Shown: piece after piece, positions 21,852 through 34,986 of the stretch
Layout: every line of letters starts with the position of its first letter
Position numbering within the stretch: the stretch's first letter is position 1
Source: Catajapyx aquilonaris
Lineage: Eukaryota
Direction of reading: 5' to 3'
Length of the DNA stretch: 41,822 nucleotides
Assembly (NCBI GenBank): GCA_000934665.2
Contig: KZ538195.1
Coordinates: 62,001-103,822, forward strand
The notes under the pieces: generated by a model
The model's database searches: none
Told to the model about the DNA's origin: nothing
Seen by the model: the letters and a program-made list of their open reading frames with translations, nothing else
Position numbers and translations under genes: made by a program

Positions 21852-21964
21852 GTAAGATGTAATACCAGTACTGTGTTTGTTATTTTAAATTGTTTTGTTA
21901 CCATTAGTTTGGTTATTCTGATGCTTCTGGTGTAAAAGGAATGTTATCAAATGGGCTTGATGTA

Positions 21965-22866
21965 GGGTAAAGTAGGGTAAGTGCAGATGGAGTTATAGTT
22001 AAGGTGCATAGCGGGTGCATACTATTTCCTCAGTAATTAGCAAGTGAGAAAAAAAGTAATGGACAATATACCTTATCTTATTGCCTTTCAAAGTGGCCTA
22101 TCGCATAACATTCACCTATGAGGGTGCTACAAAAAATAATTAAAATATGCACTTGGTGCTTGATAGTGTCGCACTTGCCCCGCGATATAGGGTAAGTGAA
22201 TGAATCCTCTCTCAGTCTTAATAAACATTGTTCGGGTTGCATAGGACTAGTCGCGCAAAGACACAAACTTCCTCTTTGTCAGTCTGTTTATTCCTAATAA
22301 AAAAATAGCAAGAAGATCTTACAGGACAAACTTTTATTTTCTGCTCCACAACAGGTTGGTTAACAGTACTGGCATTATTTGATTAAAATGCATTATGTGG
22401 AAGTGTTTTCACATCAGTGTTGGAAATTAGCCTGTCGCCAGTCAGGGAAGTTATTTGTGCCCACATAATGATGTCTTGTCACCTCTTTTGCATACCACTA
22501 GCTTTACCCTACCAATATTGCATTTCTGTCAATATACACACATTACTAGGTACCATTTTGAAAACCAGCCTGATTATGCCACCAAAACAGAACAATAACA
22601 GCTTGATAGAACACCTTAACCTCTTGCGTCCTGTGCCAGAGCGGTTACGCAGCATGAGATTCAAGACTTGTCATATTTTCTGTAAAAGATACTTACCTTC
22701 TCACCGGAGAAGTGAAAACACCAGCTTGAGTTCGGCGGCCATTTTTTTTCAATGTGACGAAAGGGAGCAGATTGTGCTACTTTTAGTAGAGTGGGCAGAG
22801 GTTGATGTGAACAATTACATGATTTTTGATAGCTCCTGCCACCTTCCGCACTTACCACGCTTACCC
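21965..22866. mobile_element. pogo-like non-autonomous element
   Basis: TA|GGGTAAAGTAGGGTAAGTGC...GCACTTACCACGCTTACCC|TA, with internal repeats of the TIR motif near 22170-22200. Confidence 0.55.
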
Positions 22867-22925
22867 TAAGTCTTTTTTGATATTTGCAACATGAAACATT
22901 GAATCTGAAAGTAACATTATCAATT

Positions 22926-23779
22926 GAATCGTGGAAATCAAAACCACGCTATCTTGCATTTTCGAGATTTGCGAATCTCGACCTTATTGAACGAAGCCTA
23001 TAATAACGAAAATACGGATCGCACATGCGTGATATTGGTATCCACGGAAAGATTTGGTGAAACTATCGACAGACCAGGTGGTCCGAACCCCGTGAGTTCA
23101 ACGACGACTGAATGGCAAGCGGCAGTTGGACGCCCCCGCAGAGGCCCCAAAAAAGATAGCGTGGTTTTGACTTCCACACTGCCGTGGAACGTAAAACCAC
23201 GCTATATTGAGCGAAAATCAACCTTATGATGCACGAAACTCGCAATTATGATTCGCAGAATAGAGTTTCCATGGAAACTGAACCGCGCTGTGTTCCATGG
23301 AATGTAAAACCACGCTGTGATCGGGGTATGTTGCAAGTGGGGGGTGTACTACTGCCGCTCACTGTACGGCTCCTGCTTGAGCTACGAGCGTCGAACCACC
23401 TGGTATCGGTTCAGTTTCGACGGAACTATTTTTTCTGCACTCTATTCTGCGAATCATAATTGCGAGTTTCGTGCATCATAAGGTTGATTTTCGCTCAATA
23501 TAGCGTGGTTTTACGTTCCACGGCAGTGTGGAAGTCAAAACCACGCTATCTTTTTTGGGGCCTCTGCGGGGGCGTCCAACTGCCGCTTGCCATTCAGTCG
23601 TCGTTGAACTCACAGGGTTCGGACCACCTGGTCTGTCGATAGTTTCGCCAAATCTTTCCGTGGATACCAATATCACGCATGTGCGATCCGTATTTTCTTT
23701 ATTATAGGCTTCGTTCAATAAGGTCGAGATTCGCAAATCTCGAAAATGCAAGATAGCGTGGTTTTGATTTCCACGATTC
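22926..23779. mobile_element. Young fold-back element with AATT target duplication (Sola1-like)
   Basis: AATT|GAATCGTGGAAATC...GATTTCCACGATTC|AATT; about 340-bp near-identical arms; internal AAAACCACGCTAT repeats. Confidence 0.85.
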
Positions 23780-24239
23780 AATTAATCTTGCAATCTTAAG
23801 AAAATACAGTATATGACTTTTCCATGGAACATGTGGTAATTCAAATTAATAGTGTGGGCTACAACTACTTGCGATTAATAAATCATGTATAATGATAAAA
23901 CATGGACCATTTAGTTACTCTCAGTGTTACTAGTGTACTTGTTTAACCCATTTTTAGAGAAATGAACGTCCTGTTATGTGCAGAGAAATTTTGCCAAGAT
24001 TGTCTTCTCTGTTTCTGACTTGAGATGTCAGCTATTATGATTAACTTCCATCATATTTAAAAACTCATGATTAGGTTCTTGAATGTCAGACTTGCTGGAA
24101 ATTGCAGGTTAGGGTATGGTGGATATGGGACCATAAGGGTGTTTCATTTTTAATTCAATATTATTAAGAATTACCTTTGCTAAAAATAATCATGATGTGC
24201 ACCAACATCAATCCTGCCTTGGATAGGATTGTAAAAAAG

Positions 24240-25451
24240 CTGGAAGTTTTGACTGCCGGAAAAAAAAACGTTCGTTTTGGGAAAAATTGGTTTTCCTCCT
24301 AACATATTTACTTTTTGTACCATTTTTGGGCTTTTTATGCACACTATCAAGTTCTTATTACATCCCTCTCTTCAGAAAAGTCAAATTATTAATATTAATA
24401 CCAGAAATCAATTGAAGAAATCGAACCACACGGCATTTGATTCTTCCTCTTTTGTGGAGGATTCCCCGAAGGACTCCAGGAACCAATCACTGCACAAACA
24501 GTGTTTTTGGTGGGAATATTTTGTCAATATCTCTGGGCCAAAAAGAGTCCATATTGCACTGATTTAATAGAATCTTTTGAGATACTTTGATATTTTTCCC
24601 TGGCAAAAAAACCAAAGCTATTTATGTAGGGCATTCACAATAATGTAGCCTACCCTAAGTGTTTTATGAAAAGCGCCTGCACTTTGTTGATGCTTGTCAC
24701 ATATAAAAAAAATGTAAGCATAAATTTCATACCTTTTGCTCCCCTTTAGTATGATTGTTTTCATGCCAAATCATATTGTGACTTGAACATCACCAAAGAT
24801 CAGTTAGCTATTACAACTGGTTTGCATGCTGCTTGGTTTTCTTTCATACGTGCTAAAAATTTAGTTGTCCAAAACATTATATCCATCCAGTGTATTGGCA
24901 TTTGCCAGATATTTGCTTTAAACGAAAATGCTGAGAAAGACAGCAAAATGCAAGATGATTACAACTGGCAAATAACCCAACAGATTCTTTGGGAATTGGA
25001 TAATATAATTACACAAAAAGGCATATATTCTATGTATATATACCAGAAAAAGTCATGTGTGGGATAATTATAGTACAACTGGTAATACATTACATGAAAA
25101 ATTGGTTTTGATGATTGAAGCCATTTAAAAACTCGTTTAAAAAATCCTGCAGCACTTTTACTGCAGTCGAAGCTGATTCTAGCGAAGAAAATGGTGGCAC
25201 AAGCAGTAGTGGTAGCTTGATGTCCAGAATTGATGACTAGTTTTTCCATTTTTGTACAAGTTGGCATCACAGAAAATGAAATATTTTATAAGACAGATTT
25301 CATCTCATTATTTTCTGTGTAAAATATTTGGAAAGTAAATAATATGTGCAGATTTTTCATAAAATATTTCTGGTCTTTGGAAAAAAAAACGAACAAAAAC
25401 CGGGTTTTGCCCCCAAAAAATCTGGGCTTTTTCCCAGCAGTTACAACCCTA
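24240..25451 (+). mobile_element. Decayed hAT-like element (left end approximate)
   Basis: Right end reads TAGGGTTGTAACTGCTGGGAAAAA on the minus strand with AAAACCCGG subterminal motifs, and has a decayed counterpart near 24245. GFDD*SHLKTRLK near 25103 resembles the TTF zinc finger of hAT transposases. Confidence 0.45.
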
Positions 25452-25562
25452 GCCATGGAGCCTTTCGAAATTTCAAAACATGTTTCAGGAGAAAAGTCTG
25501 AGACCATTTTGCATGTGTGCCACAGTTGGTAAGTTTACTAACTACCATTCATTAACTTTCAG

Positions 25563-25756
25563 GCCATTTCTTAGCTCCATTTGTGGTGCATGCCTTTTGC
25601 AACCATATGGGATTCCCAGACGTCTCGGAACTCCTGGCCTATCAGGAACCGCGGAGGAGCATTGTAGTGGTGGCCTTTGTCATTGGTCTGTTGCTGTGGT
25701 ATCTTCTGCTGGAATTGTTGACTCAGCCTGAGCTATATGGAAATGTTATGGCATGA
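25563..25756 (+). CDS. RCE1: RCE1 exon 5, terminal (HxxxN motif)
   Basis: Encodes GHFLAPFVVHAFCNHMGFPDVSELL...LTQPELYGNVMA, then TGA at 25754-25756. Joined CDS is 888 nt (295 aa plus stop). Confidence 0.93.
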
Positions 25757-26471
25757 CCTCCCCTGGGCTCAAAGTATCTGGTCACATTCTCCTCCTCTTT
25801 GTTGTTAAAGACAATCGTTTGTTCTTGATCAGGAAATAACAGTACCTGATTGTTATCTGCTTCTAAAAGCTGGTCTAACTCCTATTACTATATTGTTACA
25901 AAGTAAGTTTTGCCAAAACAAGCCTCCCATTCTGTGTGCCACTACATTTGGTAAAACAGGTCCCACTTTGTATTGCTTTTTCCACAAATGCAAAGGAAGT
26001 CGATTTTTTTCCAGCCATCTTTTGTTAACATTGGCATTTAATAGCATTAGTTAATTTTGTAAGAAACGCAAATTTTGATGATACTGCTTCCAATCAACAC
26101 CCATTTAAAATTAAGATTAAAGTACCCCAGATACTTTAACTACACTTTGGCAAAAATATGTAAGTGCCAATTATGGCCAAGCAGAATTAGCTTTGATGAG
26201 CATTTCAGAATAGATGAAGATTCGACTCATAGCTTTACCCGTTCCAATGGACTGTTAACTGTAGCTGTCTGAGGTGGTAAGAAAGTCCCCATGGGACCAA
26301 AATACCTGAAATTCAATGTTGAAATTATCAACTACAGTAATTCACTGTTGGGTTATGGCTGACCATTCTGATGGCTTTTGTGTTCCGTCAACAGGGGAAT
26401 TATTCTGCACTGCAGTGAGAATTCTGACTGGGGAATTTGACGCCGCCTAATTTGTCTGCTGGGGGTCATAA

Positions 26472-26623
26472 AGGCCAAAACACAAAAAGATTTTGCGGCA
26501 GCGTCAAGCGGCAAACACCTGCCCTGCCAATTATTATTAATTATTGGCAATGATAAATATAAATAATAAATATGCCGCAACGCGCGCCGTTTGCCGCGCG
26601 TTTTTTTTTGTGTGAAATGGCCT
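26472..26623. mobile_element. PIF/Harbinger (Tourist-like) MITE
   Basis: TAA|AGGCCAAAACACAAAAA...TTTTTGTGTGAAATGGCCT|TAA. Confidence 0.75.
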
Positions 26624-27754
26624 TAAGGCAGCAGTAACAATTTCCACCTCTGGGCAGCGCCTTCTCTATATTATCATAGTATAAAGACAGCTCTGTTCTA
26701 GAACTATGCTGTTTTGTTTTGGTGGATGCTGCTGATAATAATCAAACTCTGATGTCACTCACTAGAGCGATTGGTTGTCTTATTGGTAGAATGCTTACCA
26801 GGAATTGTCTGGTGAGTGACATCAGCAATTTCTCTTTGAGTTGATGAAAACAAAACATCATAACTCTAGCACATGTTTGTCTCTGTACTCTGATAATGTA
26901 GAGAAGGCCTTGCCCAGTGATGAGTTCTTGCTGCTGCACCTTGTGTTGATGGGATTGACTCACAGGTGAGAATTCTCCCCTCAATGCAGGAAAAGGCCCT
27001 CCTTGTTAAGTACTGTAAAACTTCCCTGCCATTCCATATTAATCAGTAATCACCCATGGAACTGGAAAATGATTATAACGGGTTTCCAAATGTCCACTTT
27101 TGTGCAGAGGGAGGGAAAATAAGATCTATAAGGAAAATGGAATTGAAGTGACGGGCCAAAGCCATACCATGCTGTAAGTATGAGTCGGTATGCAGTCATC
27201 AGACTGGGTGCTATGGCCAAACTATATCAAGAAGTAATTGTGTGGAAATTTGATCCTTAGCTGCATTTGAAATGTCGTTTGTCTTGTATAGGACAGCAGT
27301 ATTATCACTGTACCTGGCTGGCTGACTCTTCCTGTGATTTGTGTTTGTTGGCTGTGTTTTAATTCCGTGCCATATATACTAATCAGATTTTTGGTTATCC
27401 TGCATGTTACTTCATTAAATGTTTGTATGCATTGGAAAATGTTGGGGAATTGCTCAAAGCAATTAATATGGGGCACCCCACACTGTTGAATATCGTTTAT
27501 GTTGCCAATAGTTGTGTTTTGTTTTTAATTACCAGTGCCTTGTTTACTGCCATATAATGTTTTAGGCAGGCCATCTCAGGTTCTTTCATGTTGTCCTTGT
27601 ATTTTTATAACAGTATAAAGTTGGTTCTTTGAATTTGTTTATGCATGGATGACAACCACAGTGCTTGATTCCCACTACAAGCTTCTTTTTCAAGCCAAAA
27701 ATCAAAGAATAAGTCTCACAACCTTGGGCTAATAATATAATTAATCTAAGACAC

Positions 27755-27756
<2 letters not shown>

Positions 27757-27811
<55 letters not shown>

Positions 27812-27829
27812 GTAATAATAATAATAATA
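27757..27829. repeat. (AAT)n microsatellite
   Basis: Direct tandem repeat with one AGT interruption. Confidence 0.95.
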
Positions 27830-28173
27830 CAGTAAAACTCTGATTATTATTCGTCACCCACGGGATTGGAGAATCGTAAGATAACCGAAAAGGTCAGACA
27901 ATAATATGAGGAGTAAAAAAGCTTTAATCAAACAACAAAAACCATAAAAATAAAATAAAGTACAATATTATGGTTTTCTAAGAAATAATGAAGTATTTTT
28001 CTTTTACACACACACACTACTGTACTGTATTTACAATTTAACTAAGGCAAAACAAACAAATGCGTAGAACATTACAGTATTTCATGAGAAAACATTTACT
28101 GCTGGAGCGGGGCAGTCGGATTTAAACAAAAAACAAAAAAAACAAGGAGTCAGATAATAATCGGGGTTCTACT
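27830..28173. mobile_element. pogo/Tigger-like MITE, uninterrupted paralog of 5576-6313
   Basis: TA|CAGTAAAACTCTGATTATTAT...ATAATAATCGGGGTTCTACTG|TA, inserted in an AAT repeat. Confidence 0.8.
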
Positions 28174-30820
28174 GTAATAAAATAATAGCAGCAGCAGCAA
28201 GAACAACAATGATGATGATGCAGGATGTTCTTTAATTAAAAATGCTCAGGGTAAGAAACCTCTTCCAAAACTACTGAAGTAGTCTTATTGAAATGTAATG
28301 AATCTCTTGCGCCTTTGATGTTGAATGTTTCTTGAATGATCAGTAGAGAGCTCATGAACTGGGTACCAACGACAAGCAGCCTCCATTCAAGTAAATAAGC
28401 TACATGTTGTAGAGCATCAGAGAGCATTCCTGTGACAGTACAGCAAAGATCCACCCATAGATATAACTTGCTTGAAGTGGTGCAATGGATGCACTAACAC
28501 CACTACATGCCTGTCGGAGCCTTACAAGAAGTGGAACGTTATTATCAGGATACATTGGTTGGGCATTTGGAGGTGTAGGTGTAGCCTGTAAAATACGATC
28601 ATGTGCCACTACTGAAGGTAGTGTGTTGTCCAAGGATCCAACCTTGTTGGTATTGTTGAAAGCAAAATTTACATAGCAATTAATGACAAGGAAAAATTCT
28701 GCAGCCATGATTTACCATAATTAATGGTGAAACCAGGCTTTAGAGCCTAAAAAATTTGACAAGTTGGGAAGTTGTAGAATTAATGGAGGTGTCCACATAC
28801 TGGTTTTGCCTTGCCCCAAATGATTTTAAATGGGGATTGTTTTGATTAAAGTAATATGAAAAAGGATAGCTTGGTTCTTTTCCTATTAATTCTTAGAGGT
28901 ATGATATCCAGCTTTGCAAATTTAATTTGTATCTTGCATGGCCACAGGAGAAGAATGTAATCTGCACGAATTTCCATTTCAATTTTTATGGAAGTAGTTG
29001 ATGGCAACCAGTGTTTTGAATAATTGCATATTTCCTCCAACACTAATGTTTAATGATATTCAAGATTGCTCACCCCTGCCCAGTGATATCCCTGCAAATG
29101 TGGTTACACGACAGTCCCTGATGTTGAAATGGGTGGACCTTAATTGTACCAGACTTGGTTAGCCTGCAATACCCCTCTTCCAAGTTCATTTGGAAGATCT
29201 TTCCTACACAACAAAGTGAAGGAGTGGAGGCACAGGGCAATTCAGAGAGCACATCCAAGTGGGTGCACCGAATGCATGTGAAACCCAAGTGCATCTCACC
29301 GTGGCAAAGCTGTAATAACCTTCTTTGGCCTGTGGAATCACAAAATATTTTTGTGGTTACATAACCAACAATAAGCACCCAGCTCTGCTAATGCTCCACA
29401 ATAAACTAAAATTATTGGGCTAATTAAGAGTCCCTGCCCTGGCGGGGCCACAAAGAATGGCAGTGTCAGGGAGGTCAGAAACACGCTCTCTGAACACACA
29501 CACACCCACACACACCGGTGCCTCCACCCTGACTCCCGTCACTTCGTTGCGTAGGAAAGATCTGCTGTTCATTTTTACCTACCAAAATGGTATGTAGCTA
29601 TGGAAGCATGTATGAATCAACCTGCGCATCAGCTTCCAGCACTTGACTGTACAAGTATAAGTTACGCTCCACCCACTTGGGTAACTATTGCATGTAAATC
29701 CACCTTTGCAAATATGTACAACCAGTAATGCACAATCAGTCAATCACCTACTTGCCTTAGCGAACAATAGACAACTAAAAGTTGGGTTACATAATTATAA
29801 CATCACTAGAATCATAGCAATAAAAATGGCATACTGTGCATATTCCAACCACTTTCTACAGCCATTTTAAGGAGTTCATACTAGGATTTCACATCTCCAG
29901 GAGGAGAAAGGAACATAACAGTGTCAAATACATTTTCATATAACATCAGCAGATGCAAGCTCCACTAAAAATGACAGTGGCATGGGAAAACCAACTTTTG
30001 GAACCCCCCTCTATTTCTTACCCTGGATATTTTTTTCCACATCCTGTATCCTGGACCCAAGGTTTACAATGGCATTGAATAATGTTATTTCAGTCAATTG
30101 ATCTAGAGTCCCTTGTTTCTGTTGTCTTCAAAATAGGTTTATGATGGCCTATGATTGTAGAGCTTTGCTAAATAGCATTGGGCTCAATAGGTTGGCATGA
30201 CTGTGTGGAGTTTTACTGGCTTGCTTTTTACCGTGACACTTGAATGCTGTTGTATTTTTTAAATAGTTAAATACTACTAATAATAGTTAAATAAGGTCAC
30301 TTACAGTGATCCTTAGAAACTAAGTGCCAGGAGAACTGAACTCGGTATATTAAGAATCTAGAGTTTTCCCATGTCATTAATTGCTGGTTAGTTTTTGTAA
30401 ACAATTAATGACAAGGAGAAACCCTTCGTTTTTGTTATAGTGAGTTGGGTGCTCCCCGCCCTAAATGAGGAAACCAATATTAGCATGCAAATTAATGAAG
30501 GTCTTGTATGGAGTGGCATGGTAAACCTTCCACCTCAGGTTGGAGAATGGCTTTTCTCATGGGGAAGTGTGTCAACGAGTTCTACCTATGCTTGCAACTT
30601 ACCTCAGTGTTGAGACACATGTGGATGAACAAAGTCAAATGTGCAATCCGAGAACATGACTTTCAGCTGGGTTAGTTTATTAGCAGGCCACACTGAGAAT
30701 ACATCATCTCGTTTAAGGGCATATATTTCAAAACAGAATCATTTTGTAAAAATTTGTTACCATCCCTCGCAACCCCAAATGTTATGTTCACAACCCCACG
30801 TTTGGGAAGCACTGCCCTAA

Positions 30821-30955
30821 AGGCTGATTGCACCAGTGAAAGATTCAGTTTCAGGTTTGCCCTAATTATTAATTGTTGGCAACAATGAACCTAACAATTA
30901 ATAACAAGGGCTAACCCATACCTGAATCTGAATCTTGTCCTGATGTAACTTGCCC
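30821..30955. mobile_element. Harbinger MITE A
   Basis: TAA|AGGCTGATTGCACCAG...CTGATGTAACTTGCCC|TAA; imperfect palindrome. Confidence 0.7.
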
Positions 30956-30958
30956 TAA

Positions 30959-31150
30959 AGGTGTGTTTACATGTGAGTGATTTTGATCGCTGAGTGATGC
31001 ATTGCTGAGTAACCCGAGTAACCAATATTGTTTGAGGTGAAAGTAACAATTGATTTTCACCTCAAACAATATTGGTTACTCTGGTTACTCAGTGATGCAC
31101 CGCTCGGCGATGACATCGGGCGATCAAATTGCTCACATGTAAACACACTT
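30959..31150. mobile_element. Harbinger MITE B
   Basis: TAA|AGGTGTGTTTACATGTGAG...CTCACATGTAAACACACTT|TAA; sister copy at 37547-37708. Confidence 0.85.
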
Positions 31151-31153
31151 TAA

Positions 31154-31673
31154 GGCCTGCTTGCACCCATTATGGGTCTGTCACACAGGCGTTCCGTTCG
31201 TTTCGTCGCCCTGCTCGCTTCGCGCGCATGGGTCACACAGGCGAGCGTTGCGCCCCGCTGTGCCCTGGGGGCCTTGTCGGTCGAGGAAATTGGGGGATTT
31301 TGGGGGTGACGCAGCTAAGCAGGACCCTCTCGCTGCGTTTTCCTCTAGAGGCACGTCGGGCTTCGATTGGCCGAGACCTTTTCCCCCCAGCTGCCCACCC
31401 CAACCACCCCTGCCATCTTGACCCACTTGTCCCCCGAGGCGAGGTCGCCTTTCACTTCTCCTGCTAAACCCTACGACCGAGTCAGCGCATGTCTGACAAG
31501 TTTGGGCACAGCGATCGCAGCGACATTTTTCGGGGCGAGCGAACGGAACGCCTGTGTGACAGACCCATTACAGGTATAGCTTAAACCTCAGACTTGCAAT
31601 TGTGATTGTTTTGGTTTATTGTTGCTAACCATTGCAAACTTGGGTTTAAGGCTATCAATTGTGCAACTGGCCC
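31154..31673. mobile_element. Harbinger MITE C, containing MITE D
   Basis: TAA|GGCCTGCTTGCAC...GTGCAACTGGCCC|TAA. Confidence 0.7.
31173..31567. mobile_element. Harbinger MITE D (GC-rich, nested)
   Basis: TTA|TGGGTCTGTCACACAGGCGTTCCGTTCG...CGAACGGAACGCCTGTGTGACAGACCCA|TTA; perfect 28-bp TIR. Confidence 0.9.
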
Positions 31674-32390
31674 TAAGAGGGCATTTGGGCTGCCATGGGG
31701 TATCCAGTATTAGTAAAGAAGTTATTGGAAAGCCAAGAAATGGCATGTATAAACATGGTGAATAATTATTATTTTTGGATGAAATATGAAAGATTTTCAT
31801 TGCCCTGCAATGAATACCATATATCAATGTATCAACATAATTATGTATTTTGCAGGGTGTTACTCTGCTGAAGTTAACAGTCCAAACATTGTGGTCAAGG
31901 AAGAGTTGATAGATTGGTCACCCCTGGTCTCTCCACAGGTGTCGAACTCCTGAACCAACTTAGTTTGGGGCTTCCTATACCTCTTGTGTACTTTTACATG
32001 CCTGGATAATGAATGCACATGGGAAGTTTCAAATAATATTCTCAAACTATTTTTGAAAGCATAAATAAATCTGCAAATACACTGCAAGATGGCCAGGAAC
32101 TTGTTTACGTTGCCCAGGGATGACTGATGCACTTCATCTTGGGCAGAGTAAAACCCTATAGGCTACATTTGATTAATAATAAATTCAATTAACAAAGTTT
32201 TTAGTGGAACCACTTAAGATCATTGAGGGACCACGATATTACTACTTCAGGAATACTAACACTGACCTGTCTGTCATGGGGGAGAGAATACTTACTTAAG
32301 GACAAAACTTGACCTGTGCATATATTAGTGCAATAAACTTGTTTTTACAATATTTTCTGTAGTACAGTACAAAAGAATTTCAATCGCAAC

Positions 32391-32396
32391 TTTATT
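32391..32396 (-). terminator. Candidate ATG14 polyadenylation signal
   Basis: AATAAA on the minus strand about 1.3 kb past the stop codon, followed by a T/GT-rich tract. Confidence 0.4.
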
Positions 32397-32558
32397 GATC
32401 ATGTCTATTTACAGGTGATATGAAGGGGTAAAAGTTCACCACACAAAATATATCTGAAAATTACTGCAGTAGTTACACAATAACTTCGGAACCAGTCAAC
32501 CATCATCCCAGGTGTGACTAAGCCCCAACCCTGGTCACTCCCCCACCAGTCTGTTACT

Positions 32559-32559
<1 letters not shown>

Positions 32560-32591
<32 letters not shown>
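32560..32591. repeat. (CT)n microsatellite abutting an assembly gap
   Basis: Tandem CT followed by an N run at 32592-32603. Confidence 0.9.
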
Positions 32592-33670
32592 NNNNNNNNN
32601 NNNCCCCCCCGACCAGTATGGGTTTAATAGCATTGGATACACCATGAAAGTCCATGCGAGAAAACCATCAGTTGAGACTCAAGATGATTAACAATCCACA
32701 GTTATTGCGTAGTTACTGTCCACTAGGTTTAAGTATTTTTCAGCAGGCACCAAGGTAGGTTCCAGAGCATCTAGATGATAATTACAGTTTAAAATTGGTC
32801 AAACATAATAAAATTACTGACAAAAAAGCGACCTCTAGCAACACGCACGTGTTCATCACAATTACTTTGTACTATAACTTGTAAAGGTAATGAAAAAGTA
32901 CTAAAAATCACATTGGCACTGTTTTTTCTCACCTATTTTCTCATATTTTTGTAGTCTTGTGTAGGTCACATGCAGACAAATCTTACAACAATTATCAATT
33001 TTTTTTACAGCTCTGCAATACTCTATAATTTGGCAAAATATTTCTTGATCTGTTAACACTATATGTTTCAAACACTTGTTTTCTTTTGATAATATTGTCA
33101 AATATTTACATGATTTCAAACCTTAGCTTCAAATCTTGATCCCATTGTAATCACTAACTGAAGTGACAACATGTGAGGAAAAATGGCACTCTAGTAATTT
33201 TGAACCGACTTATGGACTTGTAAAACATCATCCCTGCCATCAGGCGAGATCACATATCGTAAGACATTCTTCTTCAAAAAAATGAGGGGTGTGGGGGAGG
33301 GAACATTATCACAAATAATACAAGATAATACTTGTCTCCAGGAACACATGTCAGCACATAAAAACAACTCCTCATGCACTATGGCATATAGAAGGAGAAA
33401 TGAAACCCCAACATTTTCCAAGTGTATAGTGGGGCTTGTTTCTCCAGCGACCCCAAGAGCTATGCCGGTGGTAGCTTCATCTACTGGCCACCCAAGTCGG
33501 ACAGGTCTTTGGAGTAGAGACAGACTTTCATCTCTTCTTCTTTTCTCTTCGTTTCTGTTTCCATCTCTCCATCTGTCCCAACTTTGTCTTCTAATAGCCA
33601 GATTGCCACAGTTGTTTCAGCTCCTTCATTAAACCAATCAAATCCTAGTGTAAGGAGCACGATGAACCTT

Positions 33671-33868
33671 TCACCTCTGATTGGTCCAACCACGTATGAA
33701 AGAAGCTACAGTGGCAGCAGCACTGGACATGAGACCTCCAGCAATGCTTGCTGTGGTGCTGGTCTGGGAAGAGGTACCCTTGGACTGGGAGCAAATGTTT
33801 GTTGTGGTACTCATGCTGTGGCGAGTGGGAACTGTCATTGTGGCTGATGAGAGTGGCAAGTTGGGCAC
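33671..33868 (-). CDS. ATG14: ATG14 terminal exon (BATS amphipathic helix)
   Basis: Encodes VPNLP...SIAGGLMSSAAATVASFIRGWTNQR then stop, matching the ATG14 C-terminal AGGMISSAAASVTSW-type helix. Acceptor atctcag|. Confidence 0.93.
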   Translation of the reverse strand: MPNLPLSSATMTVPTRHSMSTTTNICSQSKGTSSQTSTTASIAGGLMSSAAATVASFIRGWTNQR

Positions 33869-34180
33869 CTGAGATAAAGGAAGAAGAGTAATAATAAGCC
33901 TAACAAGCTGGTATATCACTTACAGTAGCAAAATCATACAATAGTATTCAAAGATTACAGTTTTCAGACAACTGTTCTCCAGTCACTGGAACTTCAAACA
34001 TTGTAGGCCTATACTGTAAAAAAAAGACAGCCTAATTCTGAGGATTGCCCTATATGATGGGATGTGCCCATCCATCTGACTGCTGTGCCTATTGTGAAAA
34101 AAGGTACTTTTTGCTGCACTGCACTTCCCCCATAGGCAAAGAGGTAGTTCAAAAGCTTTGATCATAGAGCAATCAAAATA

Positions 34181-34735
34181 CAGGGTGGCCACAATGAACG
34201 GCCATAGTTTCAAAGAGCAGTAAAAAATAAACAAGGGGCGGTATTTAAGGTTTTGGTTGTTTAAACTGTCTGGAGACTCTACAAGTTTCATATTGAATTT
34301 TTGGAACAGCCTATTATGAAGTGGTGGTGGCTCCTGTGGGGGATGCTGTCGAAAGATGCAAACAAAGCATCTACAGAGGGAAAAACGCAAGCTGTGTGGT
34401 GGTTAGCTTGGCTGAAGTCAATCACAGAAGTGCTAGACATGCTGGACATTTCGCCTTTTCACAATTACAAGACAGAGTCTATGCAACTGAAGTGGACAAC
34501 TCAAATAACGACCTGTCCTCCATCACCCCTGACATGCTGGAAAGCCCCTCTGGGTGGGAGATTATCGGCTTAAAATTGTGCTTTCTACTAAAGGAGCACA
34601 TGTGGAAGGCTACTGATTTTTTTTACATATATTTGAGGAGTGTCCCTTCTCATTTGTACAATTTCGACACCATGGTCCAGTTACTTGGGTAATGATAGCA
34701 AATTGAAACTAGGGAGGTCCATTGTAGACACCCTG
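34181..34735. mobile_element. Tc1/mariner-type MITE
   Basis: TA|CAGGGTGGCCACAATGAACGGCCATAGTTTCAA...TTGAAACTAGGGAGGTCCATTGTAGACACCCTG|TA. Confidence 0.8.
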
Positions 34736-34986
34736 TATATACATAGTATAACTAAATTATTTGCGGAGTTGGTCGTCAAAAGCATCCTCGCACCTAATTG
34801 GCCGGGCAGACTGCTCGGAGCTTGGGGCGTTGCCCGCTTGACACCTGAGCCACCTTTTTTTTTTTGCATCCAGCGGATCACATTACTTACGTTTAAACCT
34901 ACCCTTAAAATTTTGTTAACAGACACTAATGATTTCATAATTCATCAGAGAGATAGGGCAACCATATAGAATTATCTTGGATTTAA

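Noticed and set aside
28236..29378. Exon-like minus-strand segments and ORFs between RCE1 and ATG14
   Set aside because: Splice-like signals exist, but there is no recognisable protein or consistent gene model; RNA-seq would be needed.
30821..31676. CRISPR-like array
   Set aside because: The context is eukaryotic, the units are transposons joined by 3-bp TSDs, and there are no constant repeats or cas genes.
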